DNA of 64,000 nt from Candidatus Zhuqueibacterota bacterium. GTDB taxonomy: Bacteria; Zhuqueibacterota; Zhuqueibacteria; Thermofontimicrobiales; Thermofontimicrobiaceae. The notes beneath the pieces were generated by a model. That model made no database searches, had not been told where the DNA came from, and worked only from the letters and a program-made list of their open reading frames with translations. Both the position numbers and the translations under genes were made by a program. Shown here piece by piece: positions 9,028 through 19,068 of the stretch. The DNA lies in the NCBI GenBank assembly GCA_049322915.1, contig JBMOPW010000014.1, forward strand, positions 376,983-440,982. The letters are read 5' to 3'. How positions within the stretch are numbered: the stretch's first letter is position 1; every line of letters begins with the position of its first letter.

Positions 9028-10956
9028 GCAGGTTTCGGCATTGAATGGATTAGGGTAGTTTTGGCTTAGAATAAAAAGTGACGGTGAAATCTCAATTGCA
9101 CAATTTTCAATAGAATTGATGGGAGTAAAATATCGGAGTGCATTCCCGACGACGCTTGTTATATTGGGTTCTGTCCAATAATCACCCGGCTGTGCTTGCA
9201 GGCAAAGTTGATCAAAGGACAAGAAAACAGTGGATGAATGAGGACCAAATTTATGAATTCCCATTGCCCTTCCCTGGGCAGAATCGGTGAAGCAAACCGT
9301 TGCCGCATCCGTCGGAATAAAGGCGTCCGCCCAATTGGTAAAGCCCAACTCATACTTACAATTTAAATAAAGCTTCAGGCTATCGCCTATAAACTCAGCC
9401 AATTCACCGCTAATCCAGTCATTTTTTACAGGGTTGATCGGAAACGGATCAGTCGCGATATCGTGTCCTGCGCCTCCAATATATTCAATGCCCAAATATT
9501 TATAATGCCAATCGTCCGGGGCGAATGTAGTGTCATCTTCCATTTCCCAACCGCCGCAGAGAAATCCTGCCCAATCCTGGGACGACCAAAACAGGCATCT
9601 GTACTTGGACTCCAATTCCCCTGATTCAAACCAGGCGCCAACAACGTCATCGTTCATCCATGCCGGCGAGTATGCATCTATCTGAACGAGATAGTTGTAT
9701 TGATTAATTAAGTCCGGTGTGAGTGGTCCGTCGGTTAATCCAATCCATGCATCGTAGGAATATGGCGTCCCATATTGATCTACCCACAGATTGTCATAGT
9801 AGGGATGGAGAATAATGGACGCATCATAGGATGTCCCGTCATCGTTATAAAATACTAACAGTTCATGCATCTTCTTGAAATAGCGAAATGAATATGCACC
9901 GCTATTCGCGACATGTCCACTTTTATCGACCGCTTGAAACTCATAGGTCAGTACATCGCCGGGGTCCATGTAACCAGCAGGTAAAACGGCCTCCCACGTT
10001 CCTTCTATATCTGTACCACTGACCAGGTACATTTTCAAAGTGGAATAATCCCCATCATTTATCTTATAGAAAAGTCTGGCAGAGTCTATTCCTGCCTTGT
10101 CTGGTGATTGTGCATCTAAATCCCAAATGTGACATCTCAATGGCTTTGGATTAGAATTAAGAACGGTACCGTAGGTTTCGGGATTTAGCCACGGTACAGG
10201 GGGATATCCAAATATTTCAACGACAATCAGCCAGGCGCAGGAGTAATTTCGAACCACCCATTGTGGTTCAAAGTCTCCCCAACCTAACTGATAATACTTG
10301 GCTAAACGCAAACCATCATTTTCTCCATTATAGGCCATGGCTTCATTCCCCATGTAATTGCCACCATACGGAACAATAGAAATTATGAATCCTTCACCAG
10401 GATCAAATACATCGCTACCCATTTCAGTCCACACTCGTTCTCCATCAATAATGGGCACAGAAACATTGCCCCACAATTTTTCACCTAAAATTGAGTCATA
10501 GCCAAGAGAATCTTTAACTGGGCAACCACCATTGTTCCATTTTTCGGTCGGAAAGTACCATGGATGCACTCGTTTGTGTATCATTAAATGGAATCCCTCT
10601 GCAATAGGGATACTGCCCCATGCATGCCCGGTAATTCCCACGGCACGAATGTAAAGAGAAGCTGATAATTCATAGTAGGATGAAAGGGTATCGCCGGACA
10701 TGACTCCAAAGTTCGTGTCATAAGTAGGGTAATGTGAAATTGTGTCTGGAACTCCGAGTTGAAAATTAGATAGAGAATTTTGAAGAGAAATTGTTTCATT
10801 ATTCAATAATTGTTTTAACTGCTTCTTTGAAATGGGAATCACATCGCTTTTTACACCCGGCGTGGTTGGTTTCAGAATGGCATATTTTTGAGCAGACAAA
10901 TTTGAAGCGAAGAAGAAAATGGGTAATAAAACAATACTCGTAATAAATATTTTCAT
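8818..10956 (-). CDS. Secreted T9SS-type C-terminal domain protein, paralog 1
   Basis: Signal peptide ending SAQ, C-terminal QNYPNPFN ... SGVYF ... KMILIR, GGAGG ribosome-binding site. Confidence 0.9.
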   Translation of the reverse strand: MKIFITSIVLLPIFFFASNLSAQKYAILKPTTPGVKSDVIPISKKQLKQLLNNETISLQNSLSNFQLGVPDTISHYPTYDTNFGVMSGDTLSSYYELSASLYIRAVGITGHAWGSIPIAEGFHLMIHKRVHPWYFPTEKWNNGGCPVKDSLGYDSILGEKLWGNVSVPIIDGERVWTEMGSDVFDPGEGFIISIVPYGGNYMGNEAMAYNGENDGLRLAKYYQLGWGDFEPQWVVRNYSCAWLIVVEIFGYPPVPWLNPETYGTVLNSNPKPLRCHIWDLDAQSPDKAGIDSARLFYKINDGDYSTLKMYLVSGTDIEGTWEAVLPAGYMDPGDVLTYEFQAVDKSGHVANSGAYSFRYFKKMHELLVFYNDDGTSYDASIILHPYYDNLWVDQYGTPYSYDAWIGLTDGPLTPDLINQYNYLVQIDAYSPAWMNDDVVGAWFESGELESKYRCLFWSSQDWAGFLCGGWEMEDDTTFAPDDWHYKYLGIEYIGGAGHDIATDPFPINPVKNDWISGELAEFIGDSLKLYLNCKYELGFTNWADAFIPTDAATVCFTDSAQGRAMGIHKFGPHSSTVFLSFDQLCLQAQPGDYWTEPNITSVVGNALRYFTPINSIENCAIEISPSLFILSQNYPNPFNAETCIRYTITEPARVQVGIYNIRGQQVAELVNEKQSANSYAKIWDAGDCPSGVYFCRIQAGDFSRSIKMILIR

Positions 10957-11035
10957 CGCGCTTTTCCTCCATTTTTAGGTAGGTCTTAGTTTTGAAAGAG
11001 GGTCTCCATCCGGGAGCTGAAGACCATTTTAGGCG

Positions 11036-13150
11036 CTACCGGATCAAAATCATTTTGATGCTCCTGGAAAAATCACCGGCCTGAATGCGGCAGAAATAGA
11101 CGCCGCTGGGACAATCGCCGGCATCCCAGATTTTTGCATAGGAATTGGCTGACTGCTTTTCATTGACCAGCTCGGCAACTTGCTGGCCTCTGATGTTGTA
11201 AATACCCACCTGCACCCGGGCCGGCTCGGTTATGGTGTAGCGGATTGTCGTTTCCGCATTGAATGGATTGGGGTAGTTTTGGATAAGGTTATATTCCTGA
11301 TTTTCAAATATAGCTTTCTGTCCCAAAGAAGTGTTTGAAAAAAACCAGTCCAGCGCATCGTTGACGATACTAACACTATTGGGTTCTGTCCAGTAATCAC
11401 TTGGTTGTGTGGTGAGGCAGGCAGGATCGAAAGTTAAAAACACAGTTTTACTGTTTGCATATTGTTTGTAAATTCCCATTGTCCTGCCCATTTCAGAATC
11501 CATAAAACATGTAATTGCTCCCTCGTCTTTGATAAATGCGTCAGCCAAATCCTCCCAACCCAGGTTGGACGAATTCAGATAAAGTTGAAGGGAATCACCA
11601 AGAAAAGCAGCAAGACGTTGGCTGATAGTGCTTTTAGACGCCGGCTTAATGTGAAAGGGATCAGCAGCAATATCGTGCCCGGCGCCGCCAATGTATTGCA
11701 TGCCAATATATTTATTGTGCCAGTCATCCGGAGCGAACGTGGTGTCATTTTCAATTTCTTTACCGCCGCACAATTTGCTTGCCCATTCCTGCGACGACCA
11801 GAAGTAACATCTGTTCCCTGATTCCAGCCAGGCGCCAATGACATCATCGTTCATTGTTGCCGGCGAGTACGCATCAAGTTGAATGAGATAATTATACGGA
11901 TATATCAATTCAGCGGTGAGAGGCCCATCCGTTAATCCGACCCATAAATCATAGGATAATGCGGCGCCATCGTGAAACCAGAGATTGTCATAGACAGATG
12001 AAACGACCCAGGAGCCATAGGAATTCTCATCGGCGTTATAAAAAACAAGTACTTCATTTCGTTTCGTAAAATATCGGAAGGAATTTTTCTGGGATTTCCC
12101 GACTCTGCCCTCTTTATCGGTGGCCCTGAACCAGTATGTCAGGTTGTCCCCTGGATTCATGTAGCCAGCCGGCAGCACAATTCCCCAGTAGCCGTCTTCG
12201 GTTGTGCCGCTGACGAGTTGCATGTCTAAAGTCGCGGTAGTTCCATTATTTATTTGATAATGAAAAGTGGCGGATTCGATACCATAGGTTTCCGGCAGTT
12301 GCGGATCATACGCAGTGATATGGCATTGCATCATTTTTGTATTGGAATTGAGTACGCTGCCATAGTTCATCGGGATTAATTTTGGAGTTGGGTAAAATTC
12401 AACAACAATTTTCCATGTGCAGGAAAAACCGCGAACGACCCATTGGGGCGCATGCTCATGCCGTCCCTCATGGTAATATTTGGTTAATTGTGCATCCAAT
12501 TTCGATCCTTGATAGGTATCGACATAGGTTCCCATAGAGCCATCGCCAAAGGGCGCCACAGATACGACAAAGCCGTCGCCTTCACTGTTGGGAGTTGCTC
12601 CGAGAGCGCTCATATCTGACCAGAAATACTCTCCCTCTTCAATGGGGACAGGCAGATCGCCCCACATTTTTTCTCCCAGCATCGTGTTGTAATTGAGCGC
12701 TTCTTTGAGATAGCAGGCTTTGTCAACATTCCATAAGTCCGGCGGAAAGAACCAGGGATGCGCTGGTTTATGAATCATCAAATAATAACCACTGGCGATC
12801 ACTTCATTTCCCCAGCTATCGGCAATGATTCCGATAGCGTGAATATAGCACGATCCGGGCGGTTCGTAATATGAAGAAAGCGTATCCCCGGGCCCGACGC
12901 CAAGATTGTATCCGAATGTGTTGCAATGCCACAGCGTATCCAGGTCGGTGAACTGAAAATTGCTTTGATCGAGGGGCAAAGGCGTCCTGTTTTTTTGCAG
13001 CAGCATCGTCACCTGTTTTTCTGAAATGGGGATGATGTCGCTTGGAATCCCGGGCGTGGTTGGCTTGAGCATGCCGTAAATTTGAGCGGAGAGATCAGAA
13101 GCAAGGCCAATAATGAGAATGAAAACAAGACTCATGAAATATTTTTTCAT
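11036..13150 (-). CDS. Secreted T9SS-type C-terminal domain protein, paralog 2
   Basis: Colinear with paralogs 1 and 4 (LKPTTPG, LGEKMWG, FWSSQEW, KTVFLTFD) and has the same C-terminal domain. Confidence 0.9.
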   Translation of the reverse strand: MKKYFMSLVFILIIGLASDLSAQIYGMLKPTTPGIPSDIIPISEKQVTMLLQKNRTPLPLDQSNFQFTDLDTLWHCNTFGYNLGVGPGDTLSSYYEPPGSCYIHAIGIIADSWGNEVIASGYYLMIHKPAHPWFFPPDLWNVDKACYLKEALNYNTMLGEKMWGDLPVPIEEGEYFWSDMSALGATPNSEGDGFVVSVAPFGDGSMGTYVDTYQGSKLDAQLTKYYHEGRHEHAPQWVVRGFSCTWKIVVEFYPTPKLIPMNYGSVLNSNTKMMQCHITAYDPQLPETYGIESATFHYQINNGTTATLDMQLVSGTTEDGYWGIVLPAGYMNPGDNLTYWFRATDKEGRVGKSQKNSFRYFTKRNEVLVFYNADENSYGSWVVSSVYDNLWFHDGAALSYDLWVGLTDGPLTAELIYPYNYLIQLDAYSPATMNDDVIGAWLESGNRCYFWSSQEWASKLCGGKEIENDTTFAPDDWHNKYIGMQYIGGAGHDIAADPFHIKPASKSTISQRLAAFLGDSLQLYLNSSNLGWEDLADAFIKDEGAITCFMDSEMGRTMGIYKQYANSKTVFLTFDPACLTTQPSDYWTEPNSVSIVNDALDWFFSNTSLGQKAIFENQEYNLIQNYPNPFNAETTIRYTITEPARVQVGIYNIRGQQVAELVNEKQSANSYAKIWDAGDCPSGVYFCRIQAGDFSRSIKMILIR

Positions 13151-13230
13151 CGCACTTACCTCTTTTCAGTGTGAAAGTTAAATTATATGAACTGGTCACC
13201 AGGTCAGAAATGGTGACCGTCCTGATTCGC

Positions 13231-15432
13231 TCAGCGAATCAAAATCATTTTGATGCTATTTGAAAATTCCCCGGCGTTGATGCGGCAGAAATAGACGCCG
13301 CTGGGACAAGCGCCGGCGTCCCAGATTTTTGCATAGGAATTGGCTGACTGCTTTTCATTGACCAGCTCGGCAACTTGCTGGCCTCTGATGTTGTAAATAC
13401 CCACCTGCACCCGGGCCGGCTCGGTAATGGTGTAGCGAATTGTCGTTTCCGCATTGAATGGATTGGGGTAGTTTTGTTCGAGTTGAAAGTGAGTCGCCGC
13501 AGCCGGCTCAGGGTAACAGGCGACGGATACCGGCGTGCCAAACCAGGTCAACGCGGCGTTGAGGATGCTGTAGACATCGGTCTCGATGTGGTAGGCGCCG
13601 GTTGATTCATCGTAATTGGGCGCCATGTCCGGGTAGGCAGTGTCCAGCGCAAGCTGGTCAAAGGTGAGAAACACAGTTTTATTGCCGGCGTACTCGTTGT
13701 GAACGCCCACGACTTTTTTCCCGGTCCCATCGAAAAAGCAGGCGCTGGCAGTCCCGGCGTCGGACACGGAAATCGCATCGATGAAATTGGGAAAATCGAG
13801 TTCGTAGTAGGGATGGTAATAGAGCACGAGCGAATCGCCCAGAAACGTATCGATGGGCCCGCTGAGAAAATCGGCCGAATCCGGAACGATTTTGAACGGA
13901 TCCATCTGCGTATCGATCCCGCTGATATTTATATCCTGCGGCCCGATCCGTTGAATTCCCAGATACATGGCATGCCAGTCATCCTCTGCAAAGACCGAGT
14001 CTCGCCCGGCGTTGAGACAATACCCCCATTCCTGGGATGACCAGAATAGGCGCCGGCTGCCGCTCGCCAACCAGGCGCCGATGACATCGTCGTTCAGCGT
14101 GGCCGGCGTGAATCCATCCACCTGGACAATATCATTGTAAAGTGCAACCAGGCCTTCGGTGAGAGGCCCGTCCTTTGCGCCGCTCCAGACGTCATAAAGA
14201 TGCTCGCTTCCGGAGAAATAGAGCGACTGCAGGGATTCTGAATAGTCAGAAATATCATTGAAAAAAGCCAGCAGTTTATACCGTTTCAGGAAGCAGAGGA
14301 AGGAATGCTCCCCGGACGTGGCTGTCTGGCCGGCTCTGTCGGTCGCGCTGAAATAAAAGTACAGCGTCTCCCCGGGATGGATGTAGCCGTTGGGCAGGTC
14401 GGCGCGCCAGTTGCCGTTGGTGGCAGTCCCGGCGTAGCGATGCATGTCTATTGAATTGTAAGAACCGTCGTTCAATCTGAAATGGAGCCTGGCGCTGGCA
14501 ACGCCGGCTCGCGCCGAATCAGCCGCATCGTAATCCTGAATGGTGCAGGTGAGCGCTTTGGCAGAGGCGTCGATCACGGTGTAAACAGGGAGAGTCGGCG
14601 TAATCGCCGGCGGTGAATTTTCAGCATATTCCACAACAGCGAACATCTGCCACGTGTAATGGCGAATGTACCAGCCCCATTCTCCGGCTGGCCCTCCGCC
14701 CGGATTGGCGTCGGTATTGTCGTAAAATTTGAGCCCGGGATAGGGCGGGCCATAGTCCGCGGTCGCCAGGATATCCTGCCGGCCCCGGGACGACCAATCA
14801 CGACCGGCCACTGTATAGACAATGGCAAACCGCTCTCCGGCGTTGATGACCGGCTCGGCTTCAAAATCGGCCAGCGCCACTTTGAGCCAGTAGTTATCGT
14901 TAGGGATGGAGACAGAAACGCCGGTCGCGCCGCCCCACATCAGCTCTTTCAGAGGATCGTAACTCCAATCGCTGCCTTTCCAGGAGCCATCGCTGCTGGT
15001 GGTCCCGCAGGCTTCCTGGCCCGTGCCGTAATAGCCGATCCAGCCGGATTCGTCGACCGCGACATCGGGAATGCCCTCTGGGAAGTCGGTTTTGTACAAT
15101 TGCAGCGCGCCGTAGTTGTGATAGCCGCAGCGATAAAAATAGATCCAGACTTCTTTGACAGTGCAGGTCGCCGCTGACTCGAACCATTCGAAAAAGACAT
15201 CCTGACTCCATCCGCCAATGAGGTAATTGTAATCGCCGGGATAAGGCCCCAGCGTGTCAATGGCATCGTTCTTGAAATGGAGTAACTCGGACGTGGCAGC
15301 GATCGTCGGTGAGTGACGCAGTGGGTGTATTTCGCTGGAGTGAGGCCGCAACAGGCCAGTGTGCTGAGATTGTGAAGCGATCGGGCAAAGCAAAAGTGCA
15401 AACAGACTTACCGTTTTTATCTTGATTTTCAT
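13231..15432 (-). CDS. Secreted T9SS-type C-terminal domain protein, paralog 3 (most divergent N-terminal half)
   Basis: ATG 15432 with GGGAG upstream. Shares DGPLT, LNDDVIGAWL, FWSSQEW and the C-terminal domain. Confidence 0.88.
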   Translation of the reverse strand: MKIKIKTVSLFALLLCPIASQSQHTGLLRPHSSEIHPLRHSPTIAATSELLHFKNDAIDTLGPYPGDYNYLIGGWSQDVFFEWFESAATCTVKEVWIYFYRCGYHNYGALQLYKTDFPEGIPDVAVDESGWIGYYGTGQEACGTTSSDGSWKGSDWSYDPLKELMWGGATGVSVSIPNDNYWLKVALADFEAEPVINAGERFAIVYTVAGRDWSSRGRQDILATADYGPPYPGLKFYDNTDANPGGGPAGEWGWYIRHYTWQMFAVVEYAENSPPAITPTLPVYTVIDASAKALTCTIQDYDAADSARAGVASARLHFRLNDGSYNSIDMHRYAGTATNGNWRADLPNGYIHPGETLYFYFSATDRAGQTATSGEHSFLCFLKRYKLLAFFNDISDYSESLQSLYFSGSEHLYDVWSGAKDGPLTEGLVALYNDIVQVDGFTPATLNDDVIGAWLASGSRRLFWSSQEWGYCLNAGRDSVFAEDDWHAMYLGIQRIGPQDINISGIDTQMDPFKIVPDSADFLSGPIDTFLGDSLVLYYHPYYELDFPNFIDAISVSDAGTASACFFDGTGKKVVGVHNEYAGNKTVFLTFDQLALDTAYPDMAPNYDESTGAYHIETDVYSILNAALTWFGTPVSVACYPEPAAATHFQLEQNYPNPFNAETTIRYTITEPARVQVGIYNIRGQQVAELVNEKQSANSYAKIWDAGACPSGVYFCRINAGEFSNSIKMILIR

Positions 15433-15605
15433 GTGACCAACTCCCAATGTCGGTTTTGTTTTCTATCAACAAAACGAGCGTCAGGCTGAGAGCAGTGTAG
15501 CATGGCAGGAACTCATTTTCCTCAGGTCCAGCGCCCGCCGGCGCTTTTGGTGGGAAGATTTTTGTTTCGATTGCAAAATCACTGACTTCCAGAATCATTT
15601 CGGCT

Positions 15606-15645
15606 AAAAAAAACCGTTGAGGAGATACCGCCCTCCTCAACGGTT
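15606..15645 (-). terminator. Rho-independent terminator after paralog 4
   Basis: Perfect 13-bp stem AACCGTTGAGGAG/CTCCTCAACGGTT followed by a T-run on the minus strand. Confidence 0.85.
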
Positions 15646-15681
15646 AACAAATTCACTTACCCTATAAAACGAGATCAAAGA

Positions 15682-17814
15682 TTAGCGCAACAGCATCATC
15701 TTCATTGTTTTGCTGAAGTCACCAGCATCGATACGATAGAAGTAAACACCGCTTGCCATATCTTTGGCATTCCATGTAACATGGTAAGTTGCAGGAGCTT
15801 TATGTTCGTTCACCAAATCAGCGACTTTCTGGCCCAGGACGTTGTAAACGCTAAGTTTCACGAGACCTGGCTGAGAAATGCTGTAGGTAATTTTGGTTTC
15901 CGGATTGAACGGATTGGGATAGTTCTGATTCAGGCTGTAGCTTGTGACGACACCAGGAGTGGTCTCTTCAACATCGCTGCCTAAGCCGAACCACAACAGG
16001 GATTTTCCAATGATACTGGAAACATTGGGCTCTGTCCACCAATAGCCTGGTGCTGTATCCAGGGTTAAAGGATCGAAGGTCAGGAACACTGTCTTCGAGC
16101 TTGCTTGTTCTGTGTGGAGACCCATGGTTCTGCCCTGAGCTGAATCTGTGAAGCATACAACAGCGTGGGAAGCAGCAGTCACGGCGTCACCCCAGTTTGT
16201 CCAGCCAAGTTCATAATTGGTGTTGATGTACAGGGTCAAACTGTCAGCCAGGAACGCAGCCAGGTCGCCGGTAATTCCATCGCCGGCAGCCGGGACAACC
16301 GGGAATGGATCAGCAGCAACGTCATGGCCTGCGCCACCGACGTATTCCAGACCCATGTACATATTGTGCCAATCATCAGCGGCAAAGGTGGAGTCATTAG
16401 CAGCACCCCAGCCACCGCAGAAGTAGCCGGCCCATTCCTGAGAAGACCAGAACAGGTTTTTGTTGCCAGCGGCAAACCAGGCGCCAAACACGTCGTCGTT
16501 GAGCGTGGCCGGTCCAAATACGTCTAATTGGACAATATAATTATACTGGTCAATCAGCGTGCTGCTGACAGGACCATCGGCAAGGCCAACCCACACATCG
16601 TAGGTATATGGAGTGCCATCCGCGGCTAACCACAGATTGTCATAGTAGGGATGGAGAATGATAGACGCATCGTACGATGTGCCGTCATCATTGTAGAACA
16701 CCAGCAATTCGGTTGTTTTGGCGAAGAAACCGTAGGAGTTTTCCGGGCTTGTGGTGGCCATTCCAGCTTTATCGGTTGCATCCCAGTAAAAGGTCACAAT
16801 ATCACCGGGGGTGATAAGATTCGCCGGAACGGTGGCTTCCCACATACCATCTGTGTCTGCTCCACTTGCTAACGCAGCAGCGACAGCGGTGTAAGCGCCA
16901 TCATTGACTTTGTAGTACATATTGACGGTGGCAGCGCCAGCCTGAGCCGGGTCATTGGCGTCGATGTCAGTAACATGAACTGCAAGCGTTCTGGCATCGG
17001 CTGACAACACGGTGGAATAGGTAGTCGGAGTAACCGTCGGAGCCGTGTTCTGGTAGAATTCAACCACTAACAACCAGGTACACTGGTAGTTACGAGCCAC
17101 AAATTGAGCCTGATGGCCGCTCCATCCAGCCTGATAGAATTTCGCAACGCGAGGGACATCGCTCACGCCAGTATAGTTCTGGGCGTCTGTGCCCATATAA
17201 GCGTTGGATTCGCCAAACGGAACCACAGAAACGACAAAGCCTTCACCCTCGCTATCGGGTTCATAGCCTAAGAAAATCATTTCTGTCCATACTCTTTGTC
17301 CGTCAACAACGGAAGCAGGGAAATCACCCCACATTTTCTCGCCCAACAGAGTGGCATAGCCCAATGAGTCTTTGGTCGGGCATCCAGCGCCGGACCATTT
17401 TGCATCAGCAAAATCCCAGCCATTAGCAGCTTTGTGGATCATTAAATTGAAACCGCTGGCAATGGGATTGCTGGTGCCCCATAGCTGTCCAACAATACCG
17501 ATGGCTTTGATGAAGCATGCGGCTGACGGTTCGTAATACGAAGAGTTCGTATCATTGACCGCGACGCCCCAGTTCACATCGGTTGTGGTGCTATGGGCAA
17601 TGGTATCAATAACACCCATGTGGGTGGCGTTGAACACCAAGTTTGCGTTCAAATCATTTTTCATTAATTGATCGAGTTGCTTTTTGGAAATTGGAATGGC
17701 TTCGCTTTTTACGCCTTTGGTGGTGGGTTTCAGGATGGCGTATTTTTGGGCGAATACGCTTGTAGTAAACGCTACAAGTAAAACTAAAACTAATAGCAAT
17801 GTGTACCTTTTCAT
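15682..17814 (-). CDS. Secreted T9SS-type C-terminal domain protein, paralog 4 (first in transcription order)
   Basis: ATG 17814 with GGAGG 9 nt upstream, signal peptide ending VFAQ, C-terminal QNYPNPFNP ... KMMLLR. Confidence 0.9.
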   Translation of the reverse strand: MKRYTLLLVLVLLVAFTTSVFAQKYAILKPTTKGVKSEAIPISKKQLDQLMKNDLNANLVFNATHMGVIDTIAHSTTTDVNWGVAVNDTNSSYYEPSAACFIKAIGIVGQLWGTSNPIASGFNLMIHKAANGWDFADAKWSGAGCPTKDSLGYATLLGEKMWGDFPASVVDGQRVWTEMIFLGYEPDSEGEGFVVSVVPFGESNAYMGTDAQNYTGVSDVPRVAKFYQAGWSGHQAQFVARNYQCTWLLVVEFYQNTAPTVTPTTYSTVLSADARTLAVHVTDIDANDPAQAGAATVNMYYKVNDGAYTAVAAALASGADTDGMWEATVPANLITPGDIVTFYWDATDKAGMATTSPENSYGFFAKTTELLVFYNDDGTSYDASIILHPYYDNLWLAADGTPYTYDVWVGLADGPVSSTLIDQYNYIVQLDVFGPATLNDDVFGAWFAAGNKNLFWSSQEWAGYFCGGWGAANDSTFAADDWHNMYMGLEYVGGAGHDVAADPFPVVPAAGDGITGDLAAFLADSLTLYINTNYELGWTNWGDAVTAASHAVVCFTDSAQGRTMGLHTEQASSKTVFLTFDPLTLDTAPGYWWTEPNVSSIIGKSLLWFGLGSDVEETTPGVVTSYSLNQNYPNPFNPETKITYSISQPGLVKLSVYNVLGQKVADLVNEHKAPATYHVTWNAKDMASGVYFYRIDAGDFSKTMKMMLLR

Positions 17815-17967
17815 AAATTCCATCCTCCAGCTAATTTAAGGATTGTCTTTTAATAAACTTCCGTTCTAAAAGATGTTACTTCGGTGGAACGAATTTTCTT
17901 TCCCTGCAACCTCCTTTCATAGGGTAAGGAAAAAAAAGTGGGTAAGTGATAATTTTAAAGGCTGTTT

Positions 17968-17996
17968 AATCTAAATAAATTTTTTTAAAATTGCAA
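17968..17996 (-). promoter_or_regulatory. Putative sigma70 promoter of paralog 4
   Basis: TTGCAA-N17-TAGATT in an AT-rich region. Confidence 0.55.
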
Positions 17997-18570
17997 CAAA
18001 AAAGTAAAGTTTTTTTATGCAAATTTTATGTAATCATGGACTCACGCCCGGGCACGACATTTCTACAAATTTGATGCCTGAAAAAATGAGTGTGACAGAC
18101 GGGTATAACTTAAATAAAATTAAGAGAAGAAAATTCAGGAAATGCTCCCGGCGAACCGGGTTATGCAACGTTGTTCATAGATGTGTAGAAAGAATTTGCA
18201 CATGATTGTATCATGGTTTTCATGCGATGCGACTCGAAATTATAAGGGTCAATCGGCAGTGTACTGCCAACATCATGGCGTTCAACAGTCGGCGTTTTTC
18301 TACAGGCCCGGAAATGGAGTCGCATCAGGAGAGAATGAGCCCGGTGACAGGTAGTCTGGTCGTCGCTGATGAATCATGTCGTGATTCCGAACGGTCAGCT
18401 ATCTGTCGTCTTTACAAGATTACACATGGCAGGTGACGACTGACCGGGATCGGCTCTTCCCTGCCATGCTGGTTCCGGACGGCGGCCATTGCGATGCAAC
18501 AGAAGGGCCGGGTGGTAAAACTTCACAACCCTGATACATGCGACACACTGCCAATTCTCCGGATGAACGG

Positions 18571-19068
18571 TTACAGCAGTTTTATCTTTTTGATGATGCG
18601 TTTCAGGGATCGACCGAATTTCGCCTGCCGAATTTCCAGTCGTCGCTCCTGTCCCTCGCCGATGCTTTTTGTTTCGATGCCGTCGAAGTCCTTCAAATAG
18701 TCGTGGACAATAAATCGCTCGAAGTTATCGAGATACGGCAGCATGATGGTCTCTCCGCTGGCCAGCACTTTATCCGCTGCATCTTTGGCCAATTTTTTGA
18801 GATTCCCGACCGGGAACACTTTTAGCACATAGCTCTCACCCCGGCGATACGTCTTGGTGACGTATTCCGGTTTTGAATCAAAAAAGCCATGAATTTTCTT
18901 GCGTTCAAATCCATTCAGATTTTCGATGCTGACTGGCTCCAATGTATCGCGGAGCCTTTTTTGGGCATCGATCAGAATCTGGTCAATTTTGGCCAGGCTT
19001 TCCCTGGATGGCTCACTTCGTTTCCCCCTGAAAGAGGAATTTCTTTGTTGATTTTTCATAGTCGTCAA
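18571..19068 (-). CDS. Tandem R3H-domain nucleic-acid-binding protein
   Basis: Two RxxxH motifs (FERKKIH, FERFIVH) and a KhpB/Jag-like TKSIGEGQERRL segment. Confidence 0.8.
   Translation of the reverse strand: MTTMKNQQRNSSFRGKRSEPSRESLAKIDQILIDAQKRLRDTLEPVSIENLNGFERKKIHGFFDSKPEYVTKTYRRGESYVLKVFPVGNLKKLAKDAADKVLASGETIMLPYLDNFERFIVHDYLKDFDGIETKSIGEGQERRLEIRQAKFGRSLKRIIKKIKLL

Noticed and set aside
8818..13476. Diversity-generating retroelement template/variable repeats
   Set aside because: Mismatches are not adenine-specific and are mostly synonymous, all copies are coding, and there is no reverse transcriptase in the window.
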